Assembly (NCBI GenBank): GCA_964440275.1
Contig: CAYTRR010000013.1
Location: 3,054 to 67,053, forward strand
Length of the DNA stretch: 64,000 nucleotides
DNA from: an uncultured Spirochaetales bacterium
GTDB taxonomy: Bacteria; Desulfobacterota_D; UBA1144
Reading direction: 5' to 3'
Shown here: positions 59,393-64,000 of the stretch, piece after piece
Position numbering within the stretch: position 1 is the first letter of the stretch
Layout of the letters: each line of letters starts with the position of its first letter
Program-made: the position numbers and the translations under genes
The notes under the pieces: generated by a model
What the model was told of the DNA's origin: nothing
Seen by the model: only the letters and a program-made list of their open reading frames with translations
Databases searched by the model: none

Positions 59393-60958
59393 ATGAGGCT
59401 TTCAAGTGCTAAAGAAATACAAAAAATTGATTACTTATCAAGTTCTAAATATAAGATTTCTAGCAAAATAAGGATGGAAATTGCTGGATATAAATCTTTT
59501 GAATTAATTAAAAAGATATACAATCCCAAAAAAGTCCTTGTAATTATAGGTACTGGGAATAATGGTGGTGATGGACTTGTTATAGCAAGATATTTGGAAT
59601 TGAATGGAACTAATTGCGAAGTACTCATTGTTAAAAATTCAAGTAAAAGCTCTTCTGACTATAAGGAAAATTTGAAAATAATAAAGAAATTGGAAATAAA
59701 GACATTAAAAGAATTGGGTTCTAATAAAATAAACAGTTTTGATCTTATAGTAGATAGTATTTTTGGGGTTGGATTAAATAGAAAAATAGATAGAAAGATT
59801 GGGAACATAATAAAGAAAGTTAATATGAGCAAACTTCCAGTTTGTTCTATAGATTTACCATCGGGCTTAGATGCAGATACTGGTCTGACATATGGATCAT
59901 GCATCAAGGCTGACATTACAATAACATTTGATTTTTTTAAACCTGGCTTACTAACAGATCCAGGATGCAACTTTACTAAAGATGTACATCTTGTTAAGCT
60001 ACCGACACCTGTCCGATTATCAGAAAAATTAAACAATTTTTTTGTGGAAGAGTCTTTCTTTAAAAAATTTTTTAAAAAAAGAGACAAGTCATCTAACAAG
60101 GGAAGTTTTGGTCATGTTTTAGTTATAGGTGGCTCTAAGAATATGTCTGGAGCTATAAATCTTGCTGGACTCTCTGCATATAAAACTGGATGTGGGCTAG
60201 TAACGCTATGTGTGCCAAAGTGTATTAGTAATACATTGAAGAAGAAATTTCCTGAGTCTGTTTTTATTGAAATCCCAAACAACAGTGATGGCATAACGAT
60301 GGATGAAGATTCATTTGTAGATGAAATTAAAAAAAGGCTAATAAAGAAACCCTCTGCGATAGTTATAGGTCCAGGTATGGGAAATAGACAAGGACTATTG
60401 AAATTAATAAAAGAATCGTTATTGCTATTTCATTGTCCTATAATTTTAGACGCTGATGCTCTAAATCTAACCTCAGATGACATAAATATTATTAAGAAGT
60501 GTAAAGAAGAAATTGTACTTACACCTCATCCAGGAGAAATGGCCAGAATAATTAAGAAGGATGTTAAATATGTTCAAGAGAATAGAATTAGTATTGCTAA
60601 ACAGGTATCTCGCGATACTAAAGCTATAACAATTCTCAAAGGACATAGAACAATAATTTCGTCCCCTCGAGGTGAAATATATATAAATGGATCTGGAAAT
60701 GAAGGAATGGCTACTGGAGGAATGGGAGATTCGTTAACTGGAATTATTGCTAGCTTTATTGCTCAAGGATACAAGCCACTAGAAGCGAGTACGCTTGGAG
60801 TCTTTGTTCATGGCAAAGCTGCAGATATAATTTCTGAAAAGAATACAAAGCGAGGAATTTTAGCTTCAGAAGTTATTGATATGTTGCCCAAAACAATTTC
60901 TCAAATCGAAGAAGAATCAAAAAGGAATATAGAAGTAAATAAAATATCAAATGCCTGA
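59393..60958 (+). CDS. nnr: Bifunctional NAD(P)H-hydrate repair enzyme Nnr (YjeF N-terminal epimerase plus C-terminal dehydratase)
   Basis: GTGNNGGDGLV in the N-domain and GGSKNMSGA...LKGHRTII...GMATGGMGDSLTG in the carbohydrate-kinase-like C-domain; 521 aa. Confidence 0.9.
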   Translation: MRLSSAKEIQKIDYLSSSKYKISSKIRMEIAGYKSFELIKKIYNPKKVLVIIGTGNNGGDGLVIARYLELNGTNCEVLIVKNSSKSSSDYKENLKIIKKLEIKTLKELGSNKINSFDLIVDSIFGVGLNRKIDRKIGNIIKKVNMSKLPVCSIDLPSGLDADTGLTYGSCIKADITITFDFFKPGLLTDPGCNFTKDVHLVKLPTPVRLSEKLNNFFVEESFFKKFFKKRDKSSNKGSFGHVLVIGGSKNMSGAINLAGLSAYKTGCGLVTLCVPKCISNTLKKKFPESVFIEIPNNSDGITMDEDSFVDEIKKRLIKKPSAIVIGPGMGNRQGLLKLIKESLLLFHCPIILDADALNLTSDDINIIKKCKEEIVLTPHPGEMARIIKKDVKYVQENRISIAKQVSRDTKAITILKGHRTIISSPRGEIYINGSGNEGMATGGMGDSLTGIIASFIAQGYKPLEASTLGVFVHGKAADIISEKNTKRGILASEVIDMLPKTISQIEEESKRNIEVNKISNA

Positions 60959-61403
60959 TTCAAAAATTTGCTCAATTCAAGATACAGACAACGTTGCTTT
61001 AGAGATTTCGAAAAAAATCCATGATGGGAGCATAATACTTCTGAATGGTGATTTAGGATCTGGAAAGACTCAATTTGTAAGATTTCTAGGTAACCATTTA
61101 GGAAGCCTAGATGCGATTAGTAGCCCAACTTTTTTAATTTTAAATACCTATGAATCTAATAAAAAAATTAAGATATATCATTTTGATTTTTATCGCGTAA
61201 AGAATATAGAAGAACTTGAAGATATAGGTTTTTTTGAAATCTTAAATGATGAAGAAGGTTTGATAATTGTTGAATGGGCAAATAGATATGGTGAGTTATT
61301 CTCAAAAGTTAAAAATAGGACTATAGATATTTATTTTAATTTTATAAAGGATAATATAGATTGTAGGGAGATATCAGTTCAAGGTAATTTTAAATGGATT
61401 TAG
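60951..61403 (+). CDS. tsaE: tRNA threonylcarbamoyladenosine biosynthesis ATPase TsaE (YjeE)
   Basis: P-loop LNGDLGSGKTQFVR, SPTF and HFDFYR; 150 aa. It follows nnr, as is commonly seen. Confidence 0.88.
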   Translation: MPDSKICSIQDTDNVALEISKKIHDGSIILLNGDLGSGKTQFVRFLGNHLGSLDAISSPTFLILNTYESNKKIKIYHFDFYRVKNIEELEDIGFFEILNDEEGLIIVEWANRYGELFSKVKNRTIDIYFNFIKDNIDCREISVQGNFKWI

Positions 61404-62617
61404 TTGTTCAAAAATATGGTGGGACTAGTGTAGCCAATACAAAAAAAATCAAAAACATAGCTAGAAACATCCAAAAATTAAGGAAAAGAAAGAAATCCTT
61501 AGTTGTCGTCGTTTCAGCAATGGCTGGAGAAACAGATAAACTTCATAATCTAACTAAAGATATATCAAAAATTCCTAACGATAGAGAATGCGATCAAATA
61601 ATTTCAACTGGTGAAAAGGTGTCTGCAGGTTTAGTAACGATGGCACTTTTAGAAATTGGAATTAAAGCTATTTCTCTTGACCCTAGAAATTTTGGATTAA
61701 TAACAAATGATTTGCATGGAAAGGCAACAATTCTTTCTGTAGGGACAGATGAGATTAAAAAATATTTAAAAAAAGGTTTTGTGGTTGTAATCCCAGGATT
61801 TCAAGGAATTAATTTGCAGGGCGATGTAACAACTCTAGGGAGAGGAGGTTCTTATTTATCAGCTGTCGCAATTGCTTCTGCATTAAAAGCATCATATTGC
61901 GAGTTATTAAAAGATGATGTTGATGGAATCTATACAACTGATCCGAAACTTTATAAAGGTGCAAAAAAAATTAATTATATTTCATATCAAGAAATGCTTG
62001 AAATGTCTAGCTTGGGTTCAAAAGTATTACAAGCAAAAGCAGTTGAGTATGCCAATAATTTAAAAATTAAATTAAATGTCAAATCAACGACTAAAAATTC
62101 CCAGAAAGGCACTTGGGTGATGGATGAGAAGTCGATTCCAATAAAAGAGAAAAAAGTTGTAAGAGGGATTACTCATGATTTAAAACAATCCAAAATCTCC
62201 ATTTTAGGAATAGATGATAAACCAGGAATAGCATCAAAAATATTTGAACCTATAAGCAAAGCAGGAATAATTGTAGATATGATTGTTCAAAATATAAGCA
62301 CAGATGGTCAATCCGATTTAACTTTTACTATTCCAAGAGAAGATTTAAATAAGACTGTAAGAATTTTACAAAAGAACAAGTCAAAGCTTAACTATACCAG
62401 CTTGCTTCAAGATGAAAAAATTGCCCTAATATCAATAATTGGAGCAGGTATGAAAACAGAAACTGGTGTAGCATCTAGAATGTTTAAATGTTTATCACGT
62501 TCTAGAATTAATATAAGCATGATTACAACTTCTGAGATTAAAATATCATGTGTTATCGATAAAAATAAATGCAAAGCCGCTGTTCAAGCTCTTCATAAGG
62601 AATTTAAATTAGCCTAA
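61394..62617 (+). CDS. lysC: Aspartate kinase
   Basis: VVQKYGGTSV, VVVSAMAGETD and two C-terminal ACT domains; 407 aa. Confidence 0.95.
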   Translation: MDLVVQKYGGTSVANTKKIKNIARNIQKLRKRKKSLVVVVSAMAGETDKLHNLTKDISKIPNDRECDQIISTGEKVSAGLVTMALLEIGIKAISLDPRNFGLITNDLHGKATILSVGTDEIKKYLKKGFVVVIPGFQGINLQGDVTTLGRGGSYLSAVAIASALKASYCELLKDDVDGIYTTDPKLYKGAKKINYISYQEMLEMSSLGSKVLQAKAVEYANNLKIKLNVKSTTKNSQKGTWVMDEKSIPIKEKKVVRGITHDLKQSKISILGIDDKPGIASKIFEPISKAGIIVDMIVQNISTDGQSDLTFTIPREDLNKTVRILQKNKSKLNYTSLLQDEKIALISIIGAGMKTETGVASRMFKCLSRSRINISMITTSEIKISCVIDKNKCKAAVQALHKEFKLA

Positions 62618-64000
62618 TGTCAAAAAAAGTACTAGCATATGATGTTACTTTGCGTGATGGAACACAAGGCGAAGGTGTATCTTTCTCTATTGAAGACAAA
62701 ATTAGAGTTAGTCATAAAATTGATGAATTAGGTGTAGCCTATATTGAAGGTGGATGGCCTGGTTCGAATGATAGAGACGAAGGATTTTTTAAAGCTGTTC
62801 AAAAAGAAACTTATAACTCATCAAAAATCGTAGCTTTTGGTAGTACGAGAAGAGTGAATAATAGCTGTGATGATGACTTGAACATTCAATCACTACTAAG
62901 TGCCAACACTAGTGTTGTAACAATTGTCGGAAAAACATGGGACTTCCATGTAACTGAAGCACTAGGTATAACAAATGAAGAAAATCTAGAATTGATTTCT
63001 GATACAATTCAATATCTTTCTAAAAGAGCTGATGAAGTATTCTTTGATGCTGAACATTTCTTTGATGGGTTTAAAGCTAACAAGAAATATGCAACTCAAT
63101 GTATTAAATCTGCGCTAAATGCAGGTGCAAAAGGTGTCGTTTTATGTGATACAAATGGAGGTTCAACGCCATGGGAAATAAGCGAAATAGTTTCAAAGAT
63201 TAGGAAAATTGATACGAAATCTATTTTAGGCATACATACTCATAATGATTCAGACTTAGGAGTAGCTAATGCATTACAAGCAGTTTTGTCGGGAGCTAAT
63301 CAGGTACAGGGGACTATAAATGGTTATGGAGAAAGGTGTGGGAACGCTAATCTCTGTTCAATAATTGCTAATCTTAATCTAAAAATGGGAATTAATTGCA
63401 TTGCTGATGCGAATCTAAGAAAATTATACGAAGTGTCCAACTATATTAACGACTTAGCAAATTTGCCTAAGAACAACAAACTACCTTTTGTCGGTAAGAG
63501 TGCTTTTGCTCATAAAGGTGGGATACATGTCAGTGCTGTGGTCAAGAATAATTTAACTTATGAACACATAGAGCCAACAGTTGTTGGGAATTCGAGGAGA
63601 ATCCTTATTTCAGATCTTTCTGGAAAGAGCAATGTTAGATATAAGGTAGAGGAATTAAATATTGACGGAATTACCGATGAAGATATTAGCAAAATAGTAA
63701 ATGAATTAAAAACACTAGAAAATCAAGGTTATGAATTCGAAGGCGTTGATGCTTCTTTTGAGCTTCTTGCGAAGAGAATATCCGGAGGTTACAAACCAAA
63801 GATAGAGCTAATTGAATCTGAAATCAATACTAGACAAATAGTTCCATCAACTAAATCCATGGCGAGAGTAAAAATTAAAATCAATAATGAAACTATTGAA
63901 AATACAGCAACTGGCTTAGGCCCAGTTAATGCTCTTGATATAGCTCTTCGAGGTGCCTTGATGAAATATTATCCTCATTTAAATGATATTGAGCTTACTG
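62617..64000 (+). CDS. cimA: Citramalate synthase / 2-isopropylmalate synthase family (CimA-type), 3' end beyond the window
   Basis: My translation from the ATG at 62617 (TAATG overlap with lysC) reads MSKKVLAYDVTLRDGTQGEGVSFSIEDKIRVSHKIDELGVAYIEGGWPGSN...GIHTHNDSDLGVANAL...GTINGYGERCGNANL, the long-form CimA/LeuA pattern. The frame stays open to the window end, so it is absent from the ORF track. Confidence 0.85.
   Translation, partial: MSKKVLAYDVTLRDGTQGEGVSFSIEDKIRVSHKIDELGVAYIEGGWPGSNDRDEGFFKAVQKETYNSSKIVAFGSTRRVNNSCDDDLNIQSLLSANTSVVTIVGKTWDFHVTEALGITNEENLELISDTIQYLSKRADEVFFDAEHFFDGFKANKKYATQCIKSALNAGAKGVVLCDTNGGSTPWEISEIVSKIRKIDTKSILGIHTHNDSDLGVANALQAVLSGANQVQGTINGYGERCGNANLCSIIANLNLKMGINCIADANLRKLYEVSNYINDLANLPKNNKLPFVGKSAFAHKGGIHVSAVVKNNLTYEHIEPTVVGNSRRILISDLSGKSNVRYKVEELNIDGITDEDISKIVNELKTLENQGYEFEGVDASFELLAKRISGGYKPKIELIESEINTRQIVPSTKSMARVKIKINNETIENTATGLGPVNALDIALRGALMKYYPHLNDIELT

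Noticed and set aside
1-64000. Alternative genetic code (UGA as Trp), CRISPR arrays, long repeats, IS elements, prophage or defence-system genes.
   Set aside because: TGA terminates proteins at family-typical lengths (for example JAMM at 1486-1488 and the RpiB-like gene at 12955-12957), and Trp is encoded by TGG. I saw no repeat-spacer periodicity, no transposase or integrase motifs and no unassigned multi-gene block. Repeat detection by eye is limited, so a computational self-alignment would be needed to exclude short dispersed repeats.

Overview
This is an AT-rich (about 30% G+C by eye, not computed), extremely gene-dense stretch of bacterial chromosome. I call 63 protein genes, 6 tRNAs (Pro-GGG, Arg-ACG, Ser-GCU, Asp-GUC, Val-UAC, Leu-UAG) and one isolated 5S rRNA. 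By my own tally of coordinates, only about 1.5 kb of the 64 kb lies outside a gene.

The content is almost entirely housekeeping:
- Information processing: rpsU-dnaG-rpoD, tig-clpP-clpX-lon, cinA-recA, uvrA, ftsK.
- Amino-acid and cofactor biosynthesis: ilvBHC, leuCD, cimA, lysC, asd, dapA, aroB, a DAHP synthase gene, glyA, pdxA.
- Central metabolism and other enzymes: tkt, eno, pyrD, purN.
- Lipid synthesis: pssA, psd, plsC.
- tRNA synthetases and modification: trpS, cysS, trmB, tsaB, tsaE.
- Regulation: an rpoN-ptsN-hprK-EIIA(Man) nitrogen-PTS cluster.

The genetic code looks standard, with TGA used as a stop at sensible protein ends. I found no mobile elements, integrases, CRISPR arrays, prophage genes, toxin-antitoxin pairs or recognisable defence genes, so I cannot point to a clear novel system.

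Observations worth a second look:
1. A 5S rRNA gene unlinked from any 23S sits between rpoD and purN. It has its own near-consensus sigma70 promoter and only 14 nt before the purN start.
2. tRNA genes abut downstream start codons by 6-12 nt, giving a punctuation-like RNA/mRNA layout.
3. The ilvB-like large subunit in an otherwise canonical ilvBHC operon lacks the universal ThDP GDG...NN metal motif.
4. A TusA-like/CysM/JAMM sulfur-carrier cysteine module sits at the left edge.
5. In the PTS-Ntr operon, an unrecognisable 107-aa acidic protein plus a HAD phosphatase occupy the slot where NPr is expected.
6. An RpiB-family protein lacks several catalytic or phosphate-binding positions.
7. A DUF4301-type gene is bracketed by two tRNA pairs.
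8. Six of the eight convergent gene pairs physically overlap.

Some gene-order features faintly resemble streamlined marine Alphaproteobacteria: glyA-nrdR, a MerR-like gene followed by tRNA-Pro, short hprK followed by EIIA-Man, ccr and monomeric sarcosine oxidase. Other features (Thermotoga-type DAHP synthase, cinA-recA, cimA) do not, so I make no taxonomic call.
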